A DNA stretch of 64,000 nt from contig CM039000.1 of the NCBI GenBank assembly GCA_017499595.2, forward strand, positions 744,001 to 808,000. The letters are read 5' to 3'. The notes below the pieces were generated by a model. That model had not been told where the DNA came from, ran no database searches, and was given only the letters and a program-made list of their open reading frames with translations. A program made the position numbers and the translations under genes. This stretch comes from Psilocybe cubensis (lineage: Eukaryota). Shown here in pieces: positions 23,446 to 39,100 of this stretch. Positions within the stretch are counted from its first letter, which is position 1, and the number at the start of each line of letters is the position of its first letter.

Positions 23446-24370
23446 ACGATTAACTGAATGAAGAAAGGCGACTTTCTGAGGGGCACAGTCAAGTTCGACA
23501 TCCATTTTATACCTCGCGATAACCACTATTTTCCTATTTGGAAACTACAGTACAACTTCAAACTTGCGTGAATTTCTCCAGGAACAGGGTTTCTTGCTAT
23601 TCCAGTCCCAGCTTGCAATGAGGTGAATTGGACCACCTGTCAGAGCTGCATTTCCTTTTAACTCTATGGAGAATCGATCGATATTTAGCCCTGTCTTGAA
23701 GTAAAGCAATTAGAAGAGATGTGATTTGCCGAACCTGGTATCTTGAACCGGCCAGGAAAGGTGCCACAACGTCAACGAACCCAGAGTTAATGTATTTAGA
23801 ATTTTACCGTATGACCCATTGATGTAAATGGACAAGGTGCGCGGTCACTTTGTTCGGTTTTGTGAATAACAAAAGGCCCAATGAAATTACCTGGCCTTCT
23901 TGTAGATCTATATCAACAATGTAGATGGGTGTGAGCTTTAGTGTCAAGGGTTCGAAGAGTATGGATGGATCATATTATACTGGAAGACGTCACATTTAAA
24001 TTCGCCAGAAGCAGCTCGCCCGTTGCCACAGGTTCCATTTGCGCGTACATTACAATAAAATTCAAGGCAAGAATCTTCTCCCTTTTTCACAGAGCTTATA
24101 CCTATTTCAAGATTCTGATTTTTATTTTCAGCTCGGTTTACTAAGTAAAGCAACTCAAGATAAACTGTGTCTAACCTTGTGCGAGTCTTGACTGCTGCTT
24201 TAGTTTTTGTGAATAAGTCTTACGACCATGCAACATATGCGTTTGATGACCCCCTGAACCCACAAGCATCTGGAAAATTCCGGAGACTCTCAAGTGAGGA
24301 AAACTTCAGAGGATTTGAGTTTGTGGAGTTCAGCAGGCGACACTCGCTAGTCTCAACGGTCGGTGCTATA
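23446..24370 (-). pseudogene. Orphan hydrophobin-module remnant (promoter and 5' leader, coding sequence absent)
   Basis: 23446-23800 aligns with 1203-1560, including the TATA box. Similarity stops ~13 nt before where the ATG would be. 23850-24350 resembles 1600-1990. Confidence 0.75.
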
Positions 24371-24392
24371 ACAGCAGTTTCCGATTTTTTTC

Positions 24393-26085
24393 CTCTTATA
24401 TTGCTTTTTTATTACGCTCTTACATACACATATCCACTTGTACAAAATGCACCGCGTCGTACAAACATTGCATTTATTCTCCAGATATCGGGAATGCTTG
24501 AATGATGGATCATGCTGATGAGTTGGGACTCGGGCGCTTACAGGTTTCAATGGGCGCCTATCGATATTTGGCGTAGTGGCGAAATGCCAAGAACCTTTCT
24601 AAGCGCGGCAGTGTAAACCGCGCACCGCAAGTCACTTATGAATCTTAGATGTGAGCCTCATAATTGATGTGCTCACACAAATAGACATATTCATATTATG
24701 CGAAGTACTGTACTATACCAGTCTCTCGTCCCATGCCGGAACCGGTATTCGAACAGCCGTCAGAGATCTACCAACACATAGCTTGAGAACTGGGACATTG
24801 GCACAATGGCAGCATTTGGCGTCCATAAGTGAAAAGGTTTAAACTGAATAGCACCAAATCAAAACTCTGGAAATTCAACAGGTCAACAGACAACAAAACG
24901 CATGATCTTGGAACATCAGATCGTTGACATTGATGACCCTTATGGTTTTTCAAAAATTATCCACTGAATTCATATATGTTGCCAAAAACAAGGTTTATTA
25001 CATTATTTTCTCCCAGCTATTTCTCATTGCACATTTTTTTGTTTGTTTTCTTTTAGGCTGTCGAGGTTATGCAAAGTACTGTCTGTATCTCAATTGCAGC
25101 CAACTGCGGTACCAGTTCGAGCGCCGATAGGGGTCTATAGGAGCGTAGGTCAATGTCAATTTACTATGATGAGCCTAGCGGCAACGATGCAGAAGGTTAT
25201 CACGTACTAAACGGACGCAACATGCAGTCGTTTGCCCATGGAATCCACAGTCGAGGCCACCAGGCGTGCAGTTGACTATGCAACACATAAACAAAGCAAA
25301 GTCAGTTTAAATGAGTCCCTGTACCACAGTCAAATACGGAGATACGAACTGCCAACGTTTCCACCTGGGCGGACGCTCGGGACGACAGCGTCACAGCAAA
25401 ATGCGCTGCATGCAGGCGCAGTCGCAGCTGCCGAAGCCATGAAGGGCAGAGTCGAGAGAGCGAGAGCGATGGCAGAGAGGAACTTCATCTTTGGTGAAAC
25501 GAACTGAGTGAAGAAAGACAACTTTCTGAGGAATATAGCTAACATGTCCAGGACATCCATTTTATACCCTCGTACTGCCCACTTTTTTCATTTGGGTACT
25601 AAATTTGGATAATATCGTATACGAGTATCTCCGGTAACTTGGCTGCTCTCTAATCCATTCACCAGTGTGGGCAACGAGGTAGAGTATCCTACTCTCAGAA
25701 TTACATTCTCTTAATTTCTGATGAGAATTGGTTACCACCTGACCCATTCCGTAAAGGAAAGGCGTCGATGTGAAGAACTATGATACACAGAATTCAGGCG
25801 GCGAGAGAACGAGTCCGACGTCGACGAACTCCACGATTCATGCAATTCGAATCTTACATTATGACTTCTTGATATAAATGGTCGAGATGTTGCTCGTTGT
25901 TCGGTTTCGTGAATAGCACAAACTCCGATTGGCAGTTCGCGGATAGTTCTGACTTGGTTATGACATCAATATTTTTCAGTAGGAGTCATGCTTAATTCCT
26001 GGACCTTCCGGGTTCTTGTGTACACAATTGCGGAAGCAGGCATGAATTGTTATACAGAAATTTGTCATGTTCTACCAACAATGTA
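24393..26085. repeat. Right arm of ~1.69-kb near-identical inverted repeat (partner 8528-10220)
   Basis: Reverse complement of 8528-10220. More diverged similarity continues outward at 26086-26555 versus 8126-8527. Confidence 0.95.
25090..25488 (-). CDS. Small secreted 8-Cys hydrophobin-like protein, copy C (identical to B)
   Basis: Mirror of 9125-9523 inside the inverted repeat. Exons 25488-25350, 25275-25208, 25134-25090. Confidence 0.85.
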
Positions 26086-26099
26086 ATCAGTTTTCAGCC

Positions 26100-27170
26100 T
26101 TAGGTTTAAGGTTTTGAAGAATATTGGTGGTCCATTGTGGATTGGATATGGAAATGGAAGGCATCACATTCAAATTCACCAGAAGCAGCTTGCCGCCTGT
26201 CACCACAGGACTACGTATATTACAACAAAATTAAGAGTAGGCCTTTTTTCCTTTTCCACGGAAAGCTTATACATATTTGATTTTGATTATCAGCTTGGTT
26301 TGAGCAAAGCAACTTGGATGTACTTACGACAGTGCGAGTCTGGACTGTCGCATCGGACTTTGTGAACAAGTCTTACAATCTGCTTTTGACGACGGCCCAA
26401 ACAGACAAACATCTGGAAATTTCCGAACACGCTCAAGGTGAGGAAGAGTTGAACGTAGCTCCGTGGAAGAAGGATCGACAAAATGAACTAAGCATAACTT
26501 CACAAGCTTTATTAATAACGAATGGCATCTGTCATGTACTCACCTCGTTAATACCACGTCCTGGTGCTCATCAAGTCCACCTTGAGGATTACGAATGTAA
26601 AAGCACAACCTTCCTATATTTCCGTGTACAGCAAAGCGCACAGAAAACTGTAGTATTTGACTAGAAGCAACGTCACATACCTTCATCCCTCAAGTCTGTT
26701 AATTCCAATTGAGAACTTCTACTTTCTTTACCATCAGGCTCCCAGATACAACTGCCAACTGTCGTACTCTTGATTGACGAAGGTTAAAGAGGCAAGGTTT
26801 TTGCAGTAGTTGTCGCGACTGTCCACAAACTCATCAAGTATGTACTTCATGAGGTAGCAGAAACTACAATGGTGGCTTGTCCGAAAACGCCCAGGAAAAC
26901 AAACGGAGATCCAAGGTGGTTTCTCAGATGAAGCGTATGGCTCTAGCAGGAGGGACAAATTCAAGGGCTGGTTGCGAGATCTTTTTAGGTAGTAACGAGT
27001 CGGTCAAGCTCCTTGACGAAATTCTCTCTGTTGAGATACGTGTACGATCCACGATAGCCATGAACGCCAGGATAGACAGACTTGCGATAATTAGAAACTT
27101 GTATAGACACATTGTCAACCATAGTCCAGAGGCTTCACCGCTGTCATCGTGACTACATCGCTGCATTTCT
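26100..27170 (-). pseudogene. Decayed F-box-like gene, third paralog
   Basis: 26975-27085 resembles 55-185 and contains SQVCLSWR on the minus strand, with frameshifts and stops. 26100-26720 resembles 1690-2180. Confidence 0.55.
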
Positions 27171-28349
27171 CCGTGCCATCAATGCAGATTATACCGTCAG
27201 AATTGTCATACGAAGCATTGGTTCGTAATCGTCCTAGAGAAGGCATGGGGTGAAATCTCATTCGTCATTCAATTCAAAGCTTTTAAGTCTAACGTCGTGA
27301 TCGGGAAGTTTGAAGAATTGTAAAAGGGAGAGAGATCGTCCCCAATATGCTGACCTGGCAGGTGCGTTTTCTGTGTTGGCAATTTATTCACCCTCCAGTA
27401 TATAACGGTGTCATCTATTCGAGTGTGTAATTGCACTTTCGAGTTATTGTAGGGTTCTCTTACCTACATAACAGTCCAGTCCGGCGGGAAGGAGATAGGA
27501 GTCACTCTCCAACACGAAGTCAAGTCTAAAAATTGTTTGCGAGGTTTCACTAGAGAATACTTGGTACATACTCACAGGTTCGCGCCCGTGTATCTTTCCA
27601 CTGTGGCCGTGTAGTACGACCACATTCTAGAGCATCCTAGAGCAACTGAGAGCCAGTTCCGGCAAATGTGCGAGATTGACACTCCTGTCTGACAATGAAT
27701 GTTACAACCATGTTCGAATATGATAGCTACAGTCTCTGTGGGAAGTCCATATTGGCCCTAATTGTTTTGGAGGATCGAAAGATGAGTAGAATGCCAGATA
27801 CTTTCAAGTTTCAAATTTCAAACGTTGTCCCGATGGCCTTGAGTTGCTTGTAGTTGTACATGTGGCAACCATCAGATACAAGCGCGTGACCCACTTTTCT
27901 TAGCACGTGGTCCATCAAAACGCGTCGCGTATAAGTTGGCGCCGTTGTAAAATATTACGACTCGTCTAATAATTGACCTAATCTCCTACTCTTTGAATTT
28001 TAAAAGCTTTAAGCACTTCCTTCTATTTACCAACTACTTATCTTTAAGTATCCAAGACTGGAAGTACCTCAACTTCAAACGGGGGAAGGTCGCGGAGAGA
28101 GAAGGTTCTAGGGATTAAAGGATATCAAGGTTATTATCAGCAGGGTAGCACATCTAGCTAGAACGCTCCAAGCCAAAACTGTAAGAAGGTTGCGGTGTAA
28201 TGCGGTGTTCTGTGCTGCGCCAATTTAAGTAACAACCAAGGAAACCCTTATCAATTCACAGCCATTGGAGTAATTGGCTTTGGTGTACCTAAAAATCGTG
28301 AATTCGTATTCAAGGTCGTGGATACGTATAAAAGAGGGGATAGAATAGG

Positions 28350-29286
28350 ATGAGAAAAGCCAATTCGACTACTATGATTACTGGTAGCTTCCAAACCGAC
28401 AGCAATTTCGATTTAATCTATTCCATGACACTCGCTTGTATTACCATCTTAATATTCTTGGTTTGTCCACGGGGGAGCATCCTATCGGTCATTGGGCACA
28501 GAATTACGGATTGTGTATATCGTTGGGCGGGAGCCACCGATAACCATTCTACCCAGTCTGGAACTGAATTGCGAACGATGCCGACGAACCCCAGCTTGAG
28601 GGTATCCGCGACCACAGTCCCCGAAATTCCCAACCGTGACGCCCAGTGGCCAGCGCCAGCTGCCGTCATTAAAATGACTGCAGAATCCATTTCTGGAGCG
28701 TTCTCACCAATGCGAGAGCCTATTCCGCTTTCCACCTTAGCCACGGATATCACTGCCCGCATAACATTGCGCACGTTCCTACCCAGCGCAGACGGTGATG
28801 TGAGACTCAACAATTCACAAATGACTGCGATCAAACATGCCTTGGAGCATCCCAACGATACCAATTCCCCAGAGGCATTGGTAAATAGTCAGTCTTCCGA
28901 CTGGAGACTATACGACGTCCTGAAAACGGCTCGTGTATTGAGGGCTCAGATATGGAATGGACTGGTGGACGAATCGGAGCAGCAGGATTTAGGTGAGGGT
29001 TAGGTCAATTTTTCAATTATCCATGACAATTTCACAACTCACCGTCACAGGATTTTTACGACGCTGCAAGCAACTTTGGGTTACTAGACCAACTGAGGAC
29101 AACGTGGATTGCACCAGAGACCTTGAAAGGGGAGAAGAATTGTATGAGGGGGAGAGAATGGGATTAGAGAGGGTAGTAAAGGCGGTTGTGAAAGAAGTGA
29201 CGAGGGAGTGTGAATTAGTGGCTGTAACGACTCCGGGCGGTGGAGACGTAGATGTAGAACGTGTTTGGATGGTCAAGTTGAGGTGA
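28350..29286 (+). CDS. Hypothetical protein with an N-terminal hydrophobic segment
   Basis: A GT-AG intron at 28993-29050 joins the two ORFs in frame. TATAAAA at ~28327. The start may be 28425 instead. Confidence 0.5.
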
Positions 29287-29708
29287 ACCGAAGATTAAAC
29301 GGAGTAAGGGAGTGGTTTCTTGGTTATCTTTCTTGGATGTTGTTATTCATAAATTTTTCTTGGATCTCAATGTGTTAATATCGATTATAGACTTGTGGTG
29401 CCACATTCTTCAAAGGCACTAAATCGACTGATGATTAATGAGTCTTTCATCGTGCCTCAAATCGGACAAAGTGCCTATGTAAATGCACCCAATCTTCTCG
29501 ACTTCGACGAGCAAAAAAGTGGTACATAAAATGATGGAAGAAACCAACGTGTCTATAAGGGTGTGTAGAGCAGTGACGATTTGGCATGAAAAAGATAAGC
29601 AAGCACTTGTGATCACATATAGTCGTGGATAATTACGTGTAAGGGTGATAGAAAGATTGGAAATCGAAAGCAGTGTCAAGCAGCAATCCTTGAGCTCAAA
29701 AATAAATG

Positions 29709-32607
29709 TCAACTTTCAGGATCCTTCATGCAGAAGCCGTTTCCGTTGACTTTTCCCGAATGAGGTTGCTGTGGTTGTGAAAGAGAAGGGAACCAAGGAT
29801 GATACTCCGGATCCCACTTTAGATTCATTGGCCTAAAGTCTTCCATCTCCTCTGCTGTACTCGGAAGGCCTGCAAGGTTATCACATACGGACAAAAGATT
29901 TTGGATGAGCTACATCCAACGCACTTTTATTAATATTCTACCAGCAAGAAATAAGGCTGAGATACACACCTGGACTCTTTCTCTAGCCCACAGGCCTGCC
30001 CAACCGCCGACATTGTTTGATTTGACAAGATCAGTCAAAATTGATTTAGCCAAGTGTACGGGTTCCACCGGAACAGGGTTCCCGTTCTATTGAGCGATTG
30101 TGGATGAGCATATATAATGATCTATTGCTACAATAGCACTTACTTGCAGTATATGAGCACAAGTTCGTATGAACTCATGCAACTCTGGTTGTGCAACAGG
30201 CACGCTACTGAAGACCTCATACTCCAACTTGAACGCCCACTTGTACCGGCGAAAGAACGTTGGCTTCGTCCGCGTCCAATCGAATGACGTTAACGGGAGA
30301 GACACCTAGGAATGAACTTTGTTAATTGGACCAAACTAAGAGAAAAGAAGAGGGTACGCATACCACAAAGGAGGCTGTGCACAAAGACTGTAATGCGGTA
30401 AGGAACTGTATTTGGAACAGCATCTCGTTATGCACGCTTGAGCCTATCAGATTTGTCAGGTAGGGGGATCTAGTGGTGCCAAGGTTAATCTTACCGTCAT
30501 CCACCACAGGTAGCAAATCATCAAGACAAGCAAGATGCTTGTCGATGACTTGGGCAGCATACCAATATGCAAACGATTTTTCCTCTTTTGCATACAATTC
30601 CATTTGAAAGCCCGAGAAAACGATTTCACGGATGTCAGATAGTCGCCACAGAAGGGCGGCATCGGGTAGGTGATTGAGAATATGCCCTCGCGGAAGACCC
30701 TAGAGTATGAGCATTAATCTCCGTCAATACAAGGCCCATGTCCACGTAAAGGTACACCCACCTCGAGGTCGGTGTTGTCTCTAATCTGCAATAGAATGTC
30801 ATACAATGCATGCCACTCTATTAGCAATTTCATAAAATGCCGACGTTTCCTCGGGGGGTTATTCCACAACGCTCTGATACGTGGTGTGATAAGCTACATG
30901 AAAATGGGGTGAGCAAGAGGCCTATTTACCATGTAGAACAGGTTATACCTTATACAGTGTCCGTTCCGCCTTCTTGAAAAATGTTTCCGCCTCAGTTCCT
31001 TTCCACCTTATCGTGACCAATGACTTTATGGCGTCGTATTTGACTCCAACCGTTTCGAAGAAAAACCGGTTGATCATCCATTCAAATGAGTATTTGTTGA
31101 GGATCAAAACGCCGTCGTAGAATGTCGTCTGTTGATATTAGTAAGAATAAACCTTTTTCTCTTTTGAATTCTCTTTTGAAACATACCTGCAATAACGATC
31201 TTACATATGGTGTGGTTGGAGGGGGTTGCGCTAACCAGGATTTCAGGTTCCCTACGATCTGAAAAAATTCATTCTATTAAGTCATACATTATTCAGCTAG
31301 AGGACGGCTTACCTCCCACGCGGTTATTTGGTCGAAGGTTTCCAATAAACCAACTTCGTATAGACCGTCGAGTAAACGATACAAGCTTTTGTAAGTGTCT
31401 TCAATGGATGGCGGAGTAACAATACGAATAGGTGTCGCAGTCTGTAGGCGTCTGCCGATGTACGGATCGAAAGCAAGTTGAGCTGGAGACCCAGGTTCAC
31501 AGTCCGGTGATGGATTTGATTTGACTGTATGAAGATGATCTCTGGCGAGTAACAGAAGCCTCTGGAACTCAAACCGATCTTGGCTAGGTATGGTGCTCAT
31601 GACTTGAAGCATGGTCTGAAAGACGTCTAAGATATTATGCCGCGTAGGTACTTTCATAACTAACCTTTCGAAGAAGCAATCGAGCTCTGAGCGCGTTTTT
31701 CCACGTTATGGGCACTGTATTGAATGGTTATCATCGAAGATCGAGCTAGAACGTAAATGAAACTTGCAAGAAGATTCAAGCAGCCAGATAATCGAATCAT
31801 CGAGTTTGGTGATTATGTGGTGAGTAGGCATGCCCTCAAGGAGACTGACTTCACACTTGTCGCTTTGCCAATCTTCTGTCTGCCAACATTTAGACGCATA
31901 TATGGAGAAACGAAAGGCGATTGAGACGAACATCGTACATCCCGCCTCTTGCAAGCTCCCTCCAAGTAAGATCGCAGCATTTTAAGAGCCCCTGAACGGC
32001 GGATCGTAGAACGATTGTAATAAGTTCTATAGGCCGGGCGGGGTCAACATTGGCGGTGTTCCGCACTAACACGTCAGGATCAATATCTCGTATGTGGTGA
32101 ACATAAAGGAGGGTGTGGACGGTATGGGCTAAGAAGTTTCCGGCGTGAAATTCCAACTAAAACAATTCATGAATTGAACTCGATGTTTTGTGCAAAGAAA
32201 TGCGAGCATACCTCAAACGCCAGCGCTTTGTCCAGTATCCAGCAAACCTCCTCTGGTAGCAAAGGTTTCAGAGGGTCAAAAGGCGGTCTTAGTTGCTCCT
32301 GCACGACTAGTCCGCTGTCTAATCGAGGCTCGCCAATCTATACGGAACGTTGGTAAACATTCAATCGCAAGTTCTTTTGAAAGCGCTTCACCTCAAGGGC
32401 ACTCATGGCATCTTGCAACGTGAAGTTCTCCATGAAGAGTAGGTTGTCAGGCTCCAACTCTACAGTTTTTTCTTCTTTGGTAAGATGGTCTTAAACAATA
32501 AGAAAGCAACACGCACCAGCAGAGGCCTCGAGAAAAAGACTGGTGACATCTTGAAAGGCGTACTCAGCGCCTGGTAGTTCACATTCGATCGGAATGACAT
32601 CTGCCAT
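29709..32607 (-). CDS. MAK10: N-terminal acetyltransferase C auxiliary subunit (Mak10/NAA35)
   Basis: Multi-exon gene with FQDVTSLF, EFHAGNFLAHTVHTLLY, EDWQSDK, AFDPYI, FKWELYAKEE...AYWY and RRYKWAF. Confidence 0.8.
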
Positions 32608-32744
32608 ATCCTTGGCCTATGCAAGGACCAGGAAGAGCACCCGAGGACTATCGTCTTGATGGTGGTTCGGAATAAATCATGGTTATGTTTGGGCATCGCA
32701 TCACTGCACAAGACAGTCTGAAAATGGGTTGTGGCTGTGTGAAA

Positions 32745-34086
<1,342 letters not shown>

Positions 34087-34690
34087 TGTGGATTGGTTAG
34101 ATTCCCTGATAGAATTGGATGTAATTCATTTTTGATTTGCATATGCAGTAAAATGAAAAGAAGCAGGCGGATTTGTACAGTGTGTCGTATCTGGCTACGT
34201 TGAAGTATGAACGGATTGCAAAGGATAGTGTGGAGACACTGCTGGTACCCATTCATATATTGTTTGATTTCCAGATTCCGAAATATGTAATCGGAATCCG
34301 AGTCTGTGCCATAATTTTCTGAAAACACCAAAACAACTTACAGAATATTCTATCTTGATTCTATCTGGAATTCATACAAGCGTCTGAATCGATGGTAAGT
34401 CGATGGTTAAATTTAGATCGTGAATAAATCATGTGATCGTGGTTCAAAGTCAAAGAAAAGCTCGCGTCGTTTAGAACACGCGAATTGCCACTTGTTTTCA
34501 CTCTCAATTGTACGCCACGTACCAGAAATGACAACCCAGATATTTCTAGACTGTGGAATATGCTATGCCTCGAGGATACCACTTTCTGATATTCTCTTTT
34601 TGCACTGTGGTATGTTTTCCAGGACTTTTGGCTTCCGTTCAGGGGTTTATGATTGGAACTCAAGCACTCACAACCTACGCTTTCTTGTGA

Positions 34691-35020
<330 letters not shown>

Positions 35021-35023
35021 TAG

Positions 35024-35590
<567 letters not shown>

Positions 35591-35687
35591 ATCAAAATAC
35601 ACAAACTGTAAAGTAAGTAAATGTATATGTATGCTAGGGTTTTGTATTACGAGCAAGTAAGTAAATAAAGGAATCAATTGCAATATT

Positions 35688-35957
35688 TCACTTCAAACCT
35701 ATCATAGCATAGAATATGGCACGAACCTCGTCAACGGCATTGTTAACGCCAATAAAGCCCAGAATGACCTTTTCAAGATTGGTAAAAATAACCAAAGAAC
35801 TGAAATGGCTATTTGCTGGGTTCCACAGCTTGCGTCTGTAAAGGTGGAGAAGAAGATTGAAGAAAGGACCCCAACTGCTAATGTTGATACGGAGGCGGAG
35901 GCTTGACCAGGGGCTGATGAGGATGCTTCCGACGATTTGCCCACGATTTTTCATCAT
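35688..35957 (-). pseudogene. Partial duplicate of the C-terminus of the adjacent TPR-CCCH gene
   Basis: LGFIGVNNAVDEVRAIFYAMIGLK versus LGFIGVSIMDENIRAIFYSMIGLI at the end of ORF 36104..38932. Confidence 0.6.
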
Positions 35958-36103
35958 TGATGAGACTGTATTTTATTCCATGACGGCTACTCCGCTTTGA
36001 AATATTAACAAGTACTCTGTAACATATGCGAACACAAAGAGAGGAGTATGAGTACATTAATAGGTCGATAACAAGTAAAAAGCGAGATTAAGGGATAGGC
36101 CCA

Positions 36104-39100
36104 TTAAATCAGACCTATCATCGAGTAGAATATGGCGCGAATATTCTCGTCCATGATGCTTACTCCGATGAAGCCAAGGTGACCCTTACCAACATCAGTA
36201 TATACGATAGATGAACTAAAGTTGCCGTCTGCTGGTTTCCACAAACGCTGTCGCTTCTGCGGAATATACACAGCCATCGAGGAGGTGATCCCTCTGACAT
36301 AATTGGCCCCATCGAGCTGGAACGTGTTGGGTGCTTTGAGCTGGTCCAGCTTGCTCGCCAATGGATTTTTGGCATTTTTCGCAACTACGGCGTCTTCTTC
36401 TCCCATGAACATTTCCCAGTCTAGCTCCCAGTTGTTCCAGAAAAGCGGTCGAAATTGACTCAAAGAGACCAGGCGAGAAAACACACATCCAAAAACGACA
36501 GTACCACCCTGCTTCGAATATTCGACCACTTTGGAGAGTAAGTACTCATGTTCGATGTTGAGGATGTATGGGTCAGTGATAAATATACCAAGCAGGTCGC
36601 GAGAGGGCAAAAGGTCGATGACTCTGGCGTTCGACAGGCCAAGAAGTACTTCAGCTTTCTTTTTCGCGTCCTTAATGAAGTCGCCCATGAAACGGTTCAT
36701 ATACTCTTCATCCTTGTTCATAGATGTCAAGATCATGAAAAACTTCTTCGAGTCAGGGACTACTTCTCTCTTTGATGACAATAGCTCCAACATGGCAAGG
36801 ATGATATCAGTGGACTCTTCTTCCGCGTTGACGTCGCCGATGTAACCAAAATGCCCATTTCCACGCTTAGTCCTTAGAACGGGTGCTTCCCAATTATTGC
36901 TCGTTTGAGGATATTGTTCATAAAAGAGATCTTCGGGGTGAAATCCAGTGAGGTGGACAGCTTTCATGGAAAATTCCTCGGAGAGAGATGGATTTCTGGC
37001 AGCCGTTTCGTGATGGTTGTTACGTTCCACTAAGGTGCGAGTATATGACCCTGCTTTCCAAGGGACTCCGAAAACAGACAGCACTTTTGTGATGTCTGGA
37101 GGTCCAGTCATACTTGGAAACAGTCCGCCAATGACTACTTGTCCTCCTCTTTTGAAATATTGAACAATTTCGTTTAGAGCTTGAGAATTTGCCGGCCTCG
37201 CTATCCCTTCGTCTGCAATGTAAACACCACGGATGTCCGGAGATTTGAGGTGCTCTAGGACCTGTGAAGGCGTCAATGCCGACTTGACCTCCGCTTTCTG
37301 CTTAATAGCTTCGATTTGCTCCGTATGGATTCGCATAAACATGTCGTAGTTAGAAAGAGCTACGACGAGAACAAACCCAGAGGTTCTTGAGGCAGCAGCA
37401 ACGCGTTCTGTACCAGAGGCTGCGCCTGTGACTTCCGTCTTCGGGGGTTCTTCACACACCCGAGCATATCCTGACCTAGCCACTATCTCCTGCTCACTAA
37501 CTGCGCGCGATGATTTCTTAACTTCAGATGTTTCCTCACCACCGTTCTCATCATCTTCAGACATATATGCATAGCCGGTCTGTTCACCCCATTGACTTCT
37601 TGGGCCTCGTATGAAGTCGGTCGCGAGCTGGATGTTTCCACTGTTGCCGTTGAGAACCGCATATCCTGACCTTCCTTCCATACCATCTCCGGAATTCTCA
37701 TTTTGGGGATTGGCCTGAGCGTTACTGCGCTTCTTCTTTTTCCCCTTCTTTTTCTTGGAAGACGGTCTGCTATCTGGATTACCGTTGGTGCCATTCGATG
37801 GGCCAGCAGCGTTACATGAGCTCGAGAGATCCGGTGGCGGTGGATCAACAACAGGATTAGGTTCATCAAGGAGCCCTAGCATAGCGAGAGTCGTGTTGGT
37901 TGAAGATTCTTCCCCATTGACATCACCCAGAAAACTGAGAAGACCTCGTCCGACTCTTGCGCATACAGCAGGTGATTCAGAGGTATCCTTGATGAGATGG
38001 GCGGGAAACACCATGGATTGCAAACGTGCACCATCTGTCGGCACGTAAATCGCCATATCAGGAGAGATGTCGGCGATGTGTACGGTCTTCATACTATATG
38101 TCGCTACCAAAGACGGGTTCCGATTGACGAGCTCGTTTGAAGGGTTGACCTTGAAAGTAGTGCGATGATATGCTCCAAATTTCCAATCAAGGCCAAAAGA
38201 CCTCTTGATGAACCGGTCAAATTGTGGAGGTGAAATGTGGTTGCTGAATTGACCTGCAAGCGCGACGGATCCGCCAGTTTTCACATACTCGACGAGTTTA
38301 GACACCACTCCCGCATATCGATGTTCCTTCGCTATTATAGGATCGGCAACCAACACTGCTGCAAGGTTGGGCATGGCTAGGTGTTGTAATGCACTGTCAA
38401 TCGAATTTGAGATTTCTACGACTTTTATTTTTCGCCGAAGTGCAGCGAGTAGGTGGCTGTGAATGCTTCTGACTAGGTCGTCATATTCGAATACCAGAAC
38501 AAGAACAAATCGGTCAGATTGAGACGGTGTCCGTGGAGGCGTCTTGGATTCCTCTTTAATCGCTTGATAGTATTCATAGAGTTGACTCATGATGATCTCG
38601 TGGCGCCTCCTAGCAGTATACCCACTGATCTTTGAGTCAGTGATTAAAATGCCCTCATGAAACATGTCGTCGAGATCATCCCCATCGTTTCGCATTTCCC
38701 TTGCTGCCTGAACTTTGGAAGGGTCGTTCCACCATCCAGTCGCGGGGAGGAAACTTGTATCATGCGAATATATGCATTTCGCATCGCCAAACTTGCAAGT
38801 TCCCAGAAGTAGTTCGACGCATACATTCTTGCCCAGATTATCACGGATACTGTTGTCGTCTGGGGCATGCGAATACTGACATTGACTTCCTCGCGCACAG
38901 CCAGCGTGGTTGTAAAATCGGCAAGGGGTCAAATTTCCTTTGTGCTCACAATCTTCGGTGTCAGACTCTTCGTATGTCTCCCATGGCCCATCCTCGATGC
39001 GGGGATGGTCGCGTACTATTGCGCTGAGAGGCAGTCCTCGGTCACTTCGAAAAAGATTGCGTATGGTGTTTAATTCATCCTGTGCCTCTTTGTTGCCTGG

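Noticed and set aside
8528-26085. Giant composite transposon using the hydrophobin repeats as TIRs around the transposase
   Set aside because: No TSD at the outer ends, where diverged homology simply continues, and the spacer contains an ordinary conserved GH5 gene.
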